A DNA stretch of 52,569 bases from a virus. Taxonomy: Duplodnaviria > Caudoviricetes. Location of the stretch: positions 1 to 52,569 of IMG/VR virus record IMGVR_UViG_3300020445_001331, one strand, 5' to 3'. The position numbers and the translations under genes were made by a program. The notes below the pieces were generated by a model. It was given only the letters and a program-made list of their open reading frames with translations. It did not search any database and was not told the origin of the DNA. Positions 47,201 to 52,569 of the stretch are shown piece by piece (the first letter of the stretch is position 1; every line of letters starts with the position of its first letter).

Positions 47201-49947
47201 TTTAATGCATAATATTGTGTACTTGCGTTTTGTACAACGTGTGTTGATTTTTTAGGACTTAAATATCCAATCATGTCACTAAAGTAAAATGACATTTCAC
47301 TGGAATTATACTTGTTAAGTTTTTCCATCACTTTATCAAAGTGAATTTTATTTTGTCCGTCGAATCCTAAAGTATCTGCTGTTTGTAAAAATAGTTTTCT
47401 AAATTTACCATATTCTTTTTTAGCATATTGTAATGCTTTGATAATGTTAGCATCTTTATTTGTTATGTGATAGTTTGCTAAATTAAAAGGTCCACTATGC
47501 TGTACAAATTTTGTACCATAAGATGCTAGTGTTCCTAAATCTCTTAAATTACCTGTTCCTGGAAAGTCACCTACAAAGTCATCACGTAATTCACAAATAC
47601 TTAAAACGTGATCATTAACTTCACCTAACGTAAAAGACCCAATGTTATTATTAAGTGGGTTACGTTCTAAGTTTGATGCTAATTCATAAACACCATTTGC
47701 ATTTTTCTTTGTAGCACTTTTAGTTTTAATTACAAGTATATCGTCTTTTGTTAAATCATTAGTAAAAGTAACGTATGCAATTTTATTAATTCTATTAATT
47801 GTATAGTCTGTAAGATTTTTCTTTCTTATATTGTTTACATAAACTCTTACCCATAAGTCATTAAGATCACCACTATTATTATAAACATCAATTGGAAAGT
47901 CATTGTACTTTGTATCAACAATATATTGTCTATTAACTAACTGCTTACTATCTTCATAGCCTTTAGTCCAACCAGATGTATATGTAAATGTAGTTCTATC
48001 TGTGTACTCTCTTAAAAGACCTACTTCTGTTTTTGCTGTTGTATTTGCGTAAGTAGTTTGATACGTAAATGTATCTTGCAACAAATTAAAATCAAATACA
48101 ATATCGCCTGTATTTTCTAATGCTCTATATGTTAAAGGAAATCCTAATGTAGTATCATTAGCACCTGATCCTTTTTTGTAAGAGAATAATTTAGTTCCTG
48201 CAAAAGTTGAACCTGGATAAGTTGTTGCATCATTAAAGTCATTTCCACTTTGGTCATACAAATCAAACGTTGGTGCTTGGTTAACTGCTGTCTTATCTTG
48301 TCCAGCTTTCCATTTAGTTCCAGTATAGTACCATACTTTACCTTTGTAGTCTGTACCGTCTGTAATTAATACTGTTTCGTTTTCTAATGGATCTGTATCT
48401 GCTTCATCTACTAAACTAATTTGTCTTACGTTATTATGTGTAATAAATTTAACTTTAAAAATTTTACCTGCAACTCTTGTGTCAGGGTCAGCAGTAAATA
48501 GAATTCTCATTCCGTCTGCAACATCTACGCCATCAATGTTATATCCTAACGAACCTTCAATAGTTGAAAATACATCTTTAGTATATGTGTCTAATAAGTG
48601 AACATCACCTTTAGCATAAGTTCCGTAATTCCATAACTTTAGCTTTGCACCAAATTCAATAATTGGTCTTGTTGCTCTACCTGTTTGATTAACATCACTA
48701 GGTTCGTCATTAATTAATGCTGTTGTTTCTAGTACTGACTTATGGAACCATTTGTTATATCTTGCCCAAGCACTTTTACTAGTTGATGCTCTGTTCTGTA
48801 CAAGGTAATCTTTGTCCGTTGCCCAGGCGTTAGCATGAGAGAACGGAGCTCTATCAAACTTTTTACTATCAAATAGTATTGCTTCACTAGTGCTTACTGT
48901 TCCTGGAACTTCAATATCTTTTTCTGCAATTAATTTAATTTCTTCACCAACACCTTCAACATACCAGTTACCTTCTGCATACTTGTCTGGTGTTACTGTA
49001 CCTTTAAAATTAACTTTCATACCGTTTGACATTTCGTAACCGTTTGTCATTGAGTATGTTTTCTTACCAACTATTTCTGCTTCTACATCAATAGCTGTAT
49101 TATCTAAAATATCATAAACTTGTATTAATCCACTTGCATTAATATCATTACCATTTACATAATATAATGTATCAGGTGCAAGTATATCAACTGTAAATTC
49201 AATAGTTCCTACATCTGTGCTATGTGTACTATCACTAATACCTACACTATAATTGTAATCTGGATCTAATGTTCTAGCAGTTTTAATTGACATAGGCATA
49301 CCAGGAGTATTAATCTCAAACTTGTATGTCTGTCCTCTATATAATTTTAAAGTAGGGTTAGGAGTTTGTCCATCAGGTGTAAAAAGATATGATTTATTAT
49401 CTAAATTGTCTACACTTGTAACTGTGTAAGTACTTGTTAATCCTTTTGCTTGTCCAACAACAGGAATACTTAAAGGTCCATTTTCTAACCAATAGTAATC
49501 TCTAAAGTTTGTAAACTTATCCCAATCAATATTAGGGTTCCAAGCATAATACTCTTGGCTAAACAATGTACTGTCGTTATCAACAGTACCGTTGAATGCT
49601 TTAATTTGATTTTTTAAATCGTTGTAGTCTTTGTAGAACGTTACGTTATCTAAATTGTCTTTAATAACAGTAGCAGGTTCTAATTGATAATTTTCTCTTT
49701 GTGTGCTTACATCACTAACGTAAGTATCTGCGGCCTTACGTGCTTTAGCAATTCTTCTACCATAGTAAGAACTGATTTTTTCTGCAACACCTGGATTTAA
49801 TAATTGATCAAGTGTAGCACTTAAAAACTTTTTATTGTGTGCAGTTCTGAAATATCTTGGAAGGTGCTCGGCACTAGTCCTTACACGGCCAGTGTCGTTA
49901 GTGCCAGCCGGTAATGGATATTCGTTTTGATTATCATCATATGCCAT
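35221..49947 (-). CDS. Giant (4908 aa) virion structural protein, probably baseplate/tail associated
   Basis: 14.7-kb uninterrupted ORF coupled (TAATG) to the gp6-like gene; FG-GAP, CBM5/12-like, GSGY..P and F.GDG repeats. Confidence 0.85.
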   Translation of the reverse strand: MAYDDNQNEYPLPAGTNDTGRVRTSAEHLPRYFRTAHNKKFLSATLDQLLNPGVAEKISSYYGRRIAKARKAADTYVSDVSTQRENYQLEPATVIKDNLDNVTFYKDYNDLKNQIKAFNGTVDNDSTLFSQEYYAWNPNIDWDKFTNFRDYYWLENGPLSIPVVGQAKGLTSTYTVTSVDNLDNKSYLFTPDGQTPNPTLKLYRGQTYKFEINTPGMPMSIKTARTLDPDYNYSVGISDSTHSTDVGTIEFTVDILAPDTLYYVNGNDINASGLIQVYDILDNTAIDVEAEIVGKKTYSMTNGYEMSNGMKVNFKGTVTPDKYAEGNWYVEGVGEEIKLIAEKDIEVPGTVSTSEAILFDSKKFDRAPFSHANAWATDKDYLVQNRASTSKSAWARYNKWFHKSVLETTALINDEPSDVNQTGRATRPIIEFGAKLKLWNYGTYAKGDVHLLDTYTKDVFSTIEGSLGYNIDGVDVADGMRILFTADPDTRVAGKIFKVKFITHNNVRQISLVDEADTDPLENETVLITDGTDYKGKVWYYTGTKWKAGQDKTAVNQAPTFDLYDQSGNDFNDATTYPGSTFAGTKLFSYKKGSGANDTTLGFPLTYRALENTGDIVFDFNLLQDTFTYQTTYANTTAKTEVGLLREYTDRTTFTYTSGWTKGYEDSKQLVNRQYIVDTKYNDFPIDVYNNSGDLNDLWVRVYVNNIRKKNLTDYTINRINKIAYVTFTNDLTKDDILVIKTKSATKKNANGVYELASNLERNPLNNNIGSFTLGEVNDHVLSICELRDDFVGDFPGTGNLRDLGTLASYGTKFVQHSGPFNLANYHITNKDANIIKALQYAKKEYGKFRKLFLQTADTLGFDGQNKIHFDKVMEKLNKYNSSEMSFYFSDMIGYLSPKKSTHVVQNASTQYYALNKAFDLTTCTNRAVNIYINGVQLIHGTDYKFESNYSGFVTITKTKVVGDTIDIYEYENTDGSYIPATPTKLGLYPKFKPEIFTDTTYQSPVKVIQGHDGNIFVAYNDFRDDLLLELEKRIYNNIKVDYDATMINIHEFIGGENRDTGFTKWARDKALLPEFIEWNNALGSPDYSDYSFWERTNSFTFNYSNTNSPTGKKNAGYWRAVYKEAYDTDRPHSHPWEILGYSEQPTWWETVYGAAPYTSENKILWQDIEKGAYRIPNEPVTYNSKYARANITKHIPVNDAGDLISPLDSNYAKNYISNRTQNPFVFGDESPTETAWRRSSEYPFALMIAWLLNQPTKIMGLGFDRARIKRNPAKEVIYSATNKRLRLEDLVFPNTTEDTSRVMTSGFVNYVAEYMNSKTIKYYTQYKTDLKNVTNQLGLKIGGYTDKNKFKLLLDSRTPLNEGNVFVPDENYQVFLNQSSVIDLVPYSGVIIEKVPSGFIVRGYNYNNPYFKYFTPVSLADDPTVVVGGTSEDYVTWKGGETYSPGLIAEFGGQYYMTETLHTAEDTFDQTKFVKLAELPVTGGRTAVFHRQWNEGINDEPVELAYGTMFRTIQEVVDFILGYERYLKSVGFRFEQYNTEINQVEDWSLSAREFMFWTTQNWAANSVITLSAGANRLCFARENHVADNIFDNFYGYNMFKADGKKLLKAFINTYRDNDNYMEISTKNTTDGIYAVKIPLVQIEHVVLLDNTTVFKDYIYDLEPGYRQERIKVLGYRTDKWTGGFNIPGFVFDDAKVTEWEPWQDYAIGDTVKYKEFYYVAKVKVTGSDVFDAKFWERLNEKPQSGLIANLDYKAKQFGDFYDLDTDNFDESQQRVAQHLIGYQKRQYLENIINDDVSQYKFYQGFIQDKGTKNSLTKLFDALSNTTSDSVEFYEEWAIRLGQLGSAQSYDEVEYKLDEAKFRLSPQPVELVSSITGKETDLIYRQRPFETYLKPDGYNHKPFPTKYKDTDYIQTAGYVNSADVKTQVAKYDDILALTLTDYNIGDYIWTGTSKASLSWDVLKYTRTDFQVKSISSDTEAGTTTFNLKAGQQATFVPNDIIGVIDAPDAEKFYKVKECVLGTIVCYANGVTPDLEEAQDQSANFGFVTNFISSRVASLEDANTRLINDQLKVGENIWIDDDSNSRWIVLQNNPTHSQHQVISNVETGDASTNFGKVIACDERNVTLIVGASESNKVYVYSRSSDTGQYLHAQTIEAPTGLYTGDGKFGTGLALSRDDKWLVVGAPQASNLKTKFAGNFTGNVSYAKDDIVNYQENFWEALFPISAAQGTLTFDSFYDTATIAEASWNGSAYPEVVYAIRGNYNFNVPTDHMLIRAPVAQFEGSAVGDTLVLNWKQYSQNYPNGILPFGSNGPGVAQFDGSKTIAGKIDAILYFDNLLRTPNVGDILSTDTGLGTVDYIHVANVNQATVYVRDANGTFSDSGSAMLGTLAMGTYVAVNPLNRASDFGGWWKITGLTSFTSSTKEVTTPQFVVQDIITQNESKTPEVYYNTMDDVYALNQVTDPTMGGKIGHLSFYNKQGMPDLSPYWFFRGNKAWTDTLTNGDNFKMHVNKIRNSLGTVYDPATLGIDTAYTNQVGGHNVFDLWDGYVDVTFTNFDNNGDPYIPQIGDVIVDQLSNAEAEVIYLQEQLLDCRLYVKNRTGTFKFGHTNSDTSTIAIKNGVSAGIDRLSGRLDASDMSSATTGKLVVVRFTDSTMLPVTSPTFKNEIEINIHNNRTVSGIARTPNYPNPLNKDWQQVSAIKADADGSASAYTNEGAYFVYEKMGSGLFSFQFGYTNPQRESNRYLGTQIELHKSSTLDSFYRLFVSAPGNASTSNSGRIHFINHGTDADGTVYEWARSKNINFKGAFDVTLTYYTNDIVLYLGAFYKAKTNLTPGAWDIAYWTALTSHIDYIGYIPNDSSLDVNDDSTFDKSALIQYAHPFCISKSAEVIATVADFNNSDPYVIIYRLNNGHYELSQMISAPKIGVGYGSSVSLNDDGDMLAVGAPLADDRSNDNGKVYIYTSTAGTFTVTQTLYSPENDVAERFGASLDFEGNDLIVSSKGGDLVTSTTYDNLTTTFDNNLTQFESVNADSGQVFMYQKVKNKLLYAEKFNYKNASTERFGEYLLFNENHVYVPMPELSVTDNNYIGTLLDYKRTRDTSPWKELRTPIEQVDLDKFRGVFIYNITSNPVAQTIDYIDPIQGKIAGAAEEELTYKTHYDPAVYTNGTASPSTVIDPENYWDVTNVGRLWWDLSTAKFVNPYQGNIIYNTANWNKLFTGASIDIYEWVETKLTPTQWNAIADTEEGLVDGISGTAKDVNTYVQIQKYDTVSKGFFNKFYYWVKNTKIIPNVEWRNASAYDVSQLISDPAAQGQRFVAMYSNDRFGLYNCQSLVSGSENAINFRYWKIDNKDINIHNQYQIMSEGLGTSKPNAELERKWYDSLIGVDTNDRQVPDPILSDKQRYGILDRPRQGMFKNRVEALKQVVERANDVLKKNLIVDEYNLSNFLSKDATPTLLGKKFDKSVTTNAELNFVGVSNVIPAVLTPVFVNGKLTRVDVTNGGKGYVTVPTYEFKNYGAGSGAELILTMSSAGTITNATVKNSGSGYASTTGLEVRRYSVLVTVDETVNSKWAIYAYNSSTKLWERTSSSSYDTTTWWNYTDWYDTGYSEFTETDYLIDYSYQLEGLNDDVGDIVKISTIGSGGWLLLEKISNDGTDYTTKYKTVGRENGTINLKTSLYNPANSNIGYDGLSYDTSFYDDQPTIELRNILTGLRDHIFINDLAVEYNNLFFSSMRYAFAEQPNVDWAFKTSFLKARHNAGDLTQKITFQNDSLPSYEKFVEEAKPYKAKLREYISSYTKTDPTNTGVTDFDMPPAYSVDAGKIVPASLKVKDDLIYGQDATITTYPNKYWANNVGFEVTKANIKTGGTGYLEVPQVKFSGGGGTGAKATATLGSGGSIKYITITNPGSGYLSAPTITIEGTQSTGSTAARITAQIGNSKVRSIHHISKFDRTTGTFLITTLTQTENFTGTGSQTTFDLKYPMDLRTTQIEITVNGIESLQSEYTTDNKDYTDKSYTRQRGLITFNEPPITGATIVVKYSKSITMLQAQDRINLFYSPTTGMLGNDVSQVMDGVDYGGIEVKSFTFGSGTGWSSEPYYTTTWDTYDNTYEDEVFTLDGSTNVFTLAKPLEAGIVYNVYKNGVRVDDPDYDGSTVLTNTNAVMESITGAGQSTITLDETKIPTVANDVIVIRKASSDGSFIPDPDGYDTLLQGGDMAYSTARGINAEEIVVDGDSFVTPLTSKGPEELVPGQVLDTLDIKVYERTGDGSSVLHSYNYLGDGSNKDFDVNYVPMSQKDVWVKVHGTVLSDTQFTVDYQNKKIKLTTAPGDQQQVHIITMSNNGEHILDVDQFIGDGSTSLYVTSIKYKSTLSFFLTVDGKTVNVDMAETDATYNVGKGLCVFKIGTAPDNNAVIQYAIFDSAAKSFSQIATDTFTGDGTTDNFTLAQTPLNQKPLEHNVIVKVGNKILNAGYNQSFNVKTATRNYKLRDYQITQAGVGGNEVRAFLNGTEVFISKSWNWDTFNAEIQLFSDVGVDGDVLDVYVINNGEYAFGYLGGNGLWVETPDKVYLTTPPALNESVTVYQLTNHDVRKIERENLDIVTRNPITVGTDNYTEYHQLTKGIIKLRKAAIDAEYVWITKNGALLTPSIDYYLQDDKQSIRMVVDVATNDSLELIHFSNSTITGKFGYRQFKDMLNRTHFKRLGDNVEYTLAENLNWYDTKIFITNVDTLPEPNRAKGIPGILFIGGERIEYFLKEDGAIRQLRRGTLGTGIKTIHKAGVQVLDQSVYQTVPYKDETRTQTFTADGSTKAVTVDFTPNNVNEFEIFVGGRRLRKNAISSFNPSTDLDSPEGDSTLPAEFSVDGVNPVVTLTDTPAINTKITVVRRIGKKWTDPGTPLRLQENDIGRFLRNKEVALPK

Positions 49948-52569
49948 TAATAACTACTCCCAGAGCTGTTACTTGAAGAACTTTGAACTGTTGCCGCTGT
50001 ATAACTAGATCCACTTGCAACACCACTTGTTGATGCAGTTGTTCCTGTAACAATATTACCTGATGCTTTTAACTTACTTGCCGTAATAGCATCTATAATT
50101 GCTACATCATCAACTGTTGCTCCACTTACAAAAACTTCATCTGATTCAGATTTAATTTCATAAAGACTTCCAAATACTTGTGAGTCTTGTTTAGGAACAA
50201 TTACAATGTTTACTAGATCAGGTGCAACTTGCGTCATAACATAAGTAGCCATCTCTGAGAAATGAAAGGTATCACCGAAATCCCAATTTTCTAAAGCAAA
50301 GTATTCGTCTATTGCCGCTATTACTCTTGCTTTAATGTCATTATCGTTAACAACCTGATCTGGATTTTTTACAATCTTAATATTAGCTTGTACTTGAGCA
50401 TCAGCTTTAGATCCAAATAACACTTTATATTTTACTGGATGATAAATTACATCATCACTTATGGACTTAATTTTAGAAATTTCAGAACCATAGTTGTTAA
50501 ACAAATTATCACTACTTGGTGGTAAAGGTTTAGATGTAATTGTATCATTTAAGTATTTTCTAAACTCTGTATCGTAAGTTCTTGTTAGCAAGTAAGTATC
50601 AATAATATTACTTGAACTAGGATCTATTCTGCTGTCATCGTCTGCGGCGTGTACATAATGAAATTTAAGTCCGCTTCTGCCTACGTATGCTTTGTAGTCG
50701 GTTGTCAATGATAATGTTCCTGCTGTTGAGCTATACACTTTAAATACATCTTCAACAACTAGATAAAACACTTGTCCATCTGTGTATGAGCTTAATGCTC
50801 CAACTAAACTTTCGTTTTGTTTTACTAATACTGCATTTGCGGAATTGTCCATGTATTTGTAATCATCAATTCCATCTGATGTTGTGTATTTTTTAAGGAA
50901 CACATATTTTGTTAATGCGTTTGTAGTTTCGTCTACTAAAGTAACAAAAGTTTCAGGATCATCTACAACTCCATCTGAATCAGAGTCATAAAAACTTACT
51001 TCAACTTTTTTACTATCAACATATCCATCGCCATCTCTAAATTCTTTAGATACTTCCCAAGGATAATTTACTGTAAACGGACTTGTACTATCTGGTTGTG
51101 TATTAATACTTAATACATCAATTTTGTCTTTAATAATTTTTCCTGTTTTATTATCAAATATTTTACTTGTACTATCATAATAAAATCTAATTTCTTCGTT
51201 ACTCTCAAATACATATCTTTGAGCTCTTGAAGTAACTGTGTATTTTTCACCATCAGTTTCAAACAATACTAACCAACTTGCATCTAAGGCTTGGTCTGTA
51301 ACGTCACCTGTTTTACCTGTACTAAAATCACTTGTAATGTCTAAGTTATTTTCTGTAATCATACGCCATTGTCTTAATGCACTATCATATCTTAAACCAA
51401 ATGTTTTGTAAGCAAAAATTTGATCAGTAATTTGTGATTGTACATCAGTTAATAACGTTTTACTAAACTTAGGTTTTAATTCTGAAAGAATTGCATCGGA
51501 CGGAATAATATCATTTAATACAATTGGTCCTGTACCATCTGTATTGTCAGTTCTTCCATCTCCTGTAACACTTACAACTTTAACCCATTTATAACTAATT
51601 GCGTTAGAATGGTCTGCGTTTCCAGACATTAACTTATTATTGTCATTAGCCATAAAGTGTTTGCCTGTTGGAGCAGTAAATTTAATTAATGTTCCAGCTT
51701 CAATATATTTTAATCCACTACTTGTAAATGTACCTACTTGCATTTTAGTACTGTTAGAATCAACAAACGAACCTGTTGATTGATTTGTTGCAGTAGTTGA
51801 ACTTGACCATTTAGCACCTAAGTCAGCAACTAACGTTTTAGGAAAGTTAGTCAAATAATAATTTAACATTTGTTTTTGACTTAGAATAGGTGTTATAGTG
51901 TTTACAATAACTCCTTGTACATCTGTTTTAGTTGTAAACGTAAATGATGTTTTTTCAGTAAATGAATCTTTATAAACAACACCATCTGCACCGTACAAGT
52001 TAGTACTTGAATATTTTCCAGTAGCATCTAGTAAATCATAGTATCTTGAAATACCACTTGATGTTCTGTTTACACTTTTTACTTTAATAATTTCTTGACT
52101 TATGCTTAATGGACTAACTTGATAGTCTTCACCAGTAACCATTCTGTTCTGTGTGTAATATGTACTTGGAGCATTAGTTCTAATACTTTCATTACTTTCA
52201 GAAATAGTTGCATTGTCAACTGTATATTTTAATTCAAAAGAAAGTGTAATATTTTCTTGGTTACCTGCTTTTGAAGTGTAAGGTATAGTAGCACTAATAG
52301 AAACTAAATCTGCAGGAACAATATTATATTGATCATTTATACTTGTTCTGTAATAAACTCTAAATTGTCCTTGCGGTAAGTTACCAAACGTACCATCACT
52401 AAAAATTAAATCTACTTTATCTTGTGTTTTACTTAATACACCAAAAATATTTCTAACACTTTTTCTTAAACTGTTATAAACAATATTGTTACCTTCAACT
52501 GCATCAACTTTTGTCCATTGTTCATCTTCAGCACCAATTGAATTTAATTTGTAAAGCCAAATGTCCGAA
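49947..52569 (-). CDS. T4 gp6-like baseplate wedge protein, N-terminus beyond the window
   Basis: Frame appears open upstream of 52142 to the window end; ES..SIR.NAP..Y..QNRMVT..DY matches the gp6/baseplate J motif. Confidence 0.75.
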   Translation of the reverse strand, partial: SDIWLYKLNSIGAEDEQWTKVDAVEGNNIVYNSLRKSVRNIFGVLSKTQDKVDLIFSDGTFGNLPQGQFRVYYRTSINDQYNIVPADLVSISATIPYTSKAGNQENITLSFELKYTVDNATISESNESIRTNAPSTYYTQNRMVTGEDYQVSPLSISQEIIKVKSVNRTSSGISRYYDLLDATGKYSSTNLYGADGVVYKDSFTEKTSFTFTTKTDVQGVIVNTITPILSQKQMLNYYLTNFPKTLVADLGAKWSSSTTATNQSTGSFVDSNSTKMQVGTFTSSGLKYIEAGTLIKFTAPTGKHFMANDNNKLMSGNADHSNAISYKWVKVVSVTGDGRTDNTDGTGPIVLNDIIPSDAILSELKPKFSKTLLTDVQSQITDQIFAYKTFGLRYDSALRQWRMITENNLDITSDFSTGKTGDVTDQALDASWLVLFETDGEKYTVTSRAQRYVFESNEEIRFYYDSTSKIFDNKTGKIIKDKIDVLSINTQPDSTSPFTVNYPWEVSKEFRDGDGYVDSKKVEVSFYDSDSDGVVDDPETFVTLVDETTNALTKYVFLKKYTTSDGIDDYKYMDNSANAVLVKQNESLVGALSSYTDGQVFYLVVEDVFKVYSSTAGTLSLTTDYKAYVGRSGLKFHYVHAADDDSRIDPSSSNIIDTYLLTRTYDTEFRKYLNDTITSKPLPPSSDNLFNNYGSEISKIKSISDDVIYHPVKYKVLFGSKADAQVQANIKIVKNPDQVVNDNDIKARVIAAIDEYFALENWDFGDTFHFSEMATYVMTQVAPDLVNIVIVPKQDSQVFGSLYEIKSESDEVFVSGATVDDVAIIDAITASKLKASGNIVTGTTASTSGVASGSSYTAATVQSSSSNSSGSSY

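Noticed and set aside
52140-52142. ATG 52142 as the start of the baseplate gene
   Set aside because: It lies inside the QNRMVT..DY motif and the frame appears open to the window end
1-52569. CRISPR array, tRNA/rRNA, IS/integrase, intron or intein, DGR
   Set aside because: All intergenic gaps are about 60 bp or less; I saw no repeat-spacer pattern, cloverleaf, transposase, reverse transcriptase, homing-endonuclease or intein motif by eye
1-52569. Stop-codon reassignment as seen in some large phages
   Set aside because: The standard code gives near-complete coding density including a 14.7-kb ORF; TAA, TAG and TGA all end genes at coupled junctions

Overview
AT-rich, very gene-dense segment of what looks like a large tailed-phage (T4-like myovirus) genome in the standard genetic code. 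The right part (28.3-52.6 kb, minus strand) is a virion module: a gp6-like baseplate wedge protein truncated at the window edge, a 4908-aa giant protein, and three paralogous tail/baseplate fibre proteins. The left part (1-28.3 kb) is an almost gap-free, translationally coupled enzyme cluster. It holds 8 radical SAM Fe-S enzymes in 3 architectures, 3 AspH-like Fe(II)/2OG hydroxylases, 2 UDP-sugar dehydrogenases, about 5 glycosyltransferase-like proteins, 2 SGNH proteins, a methyltransferase, an SDR, a minimal kinase and 2 beta-propellers, plus recognisable heme-pathway genes hemC and hemE inserted into the array. TAAATA late-promoter-like motifs occur in all five sizeable intergenic gaps, including two symmetric divergent elements. 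My best hypothesis (inference, untested) is a late-expressed phage pathway that builds and tailors an unusual glycan or modification, possibly on the virion. All family calls come from motif recognition by eye; no database search was run.
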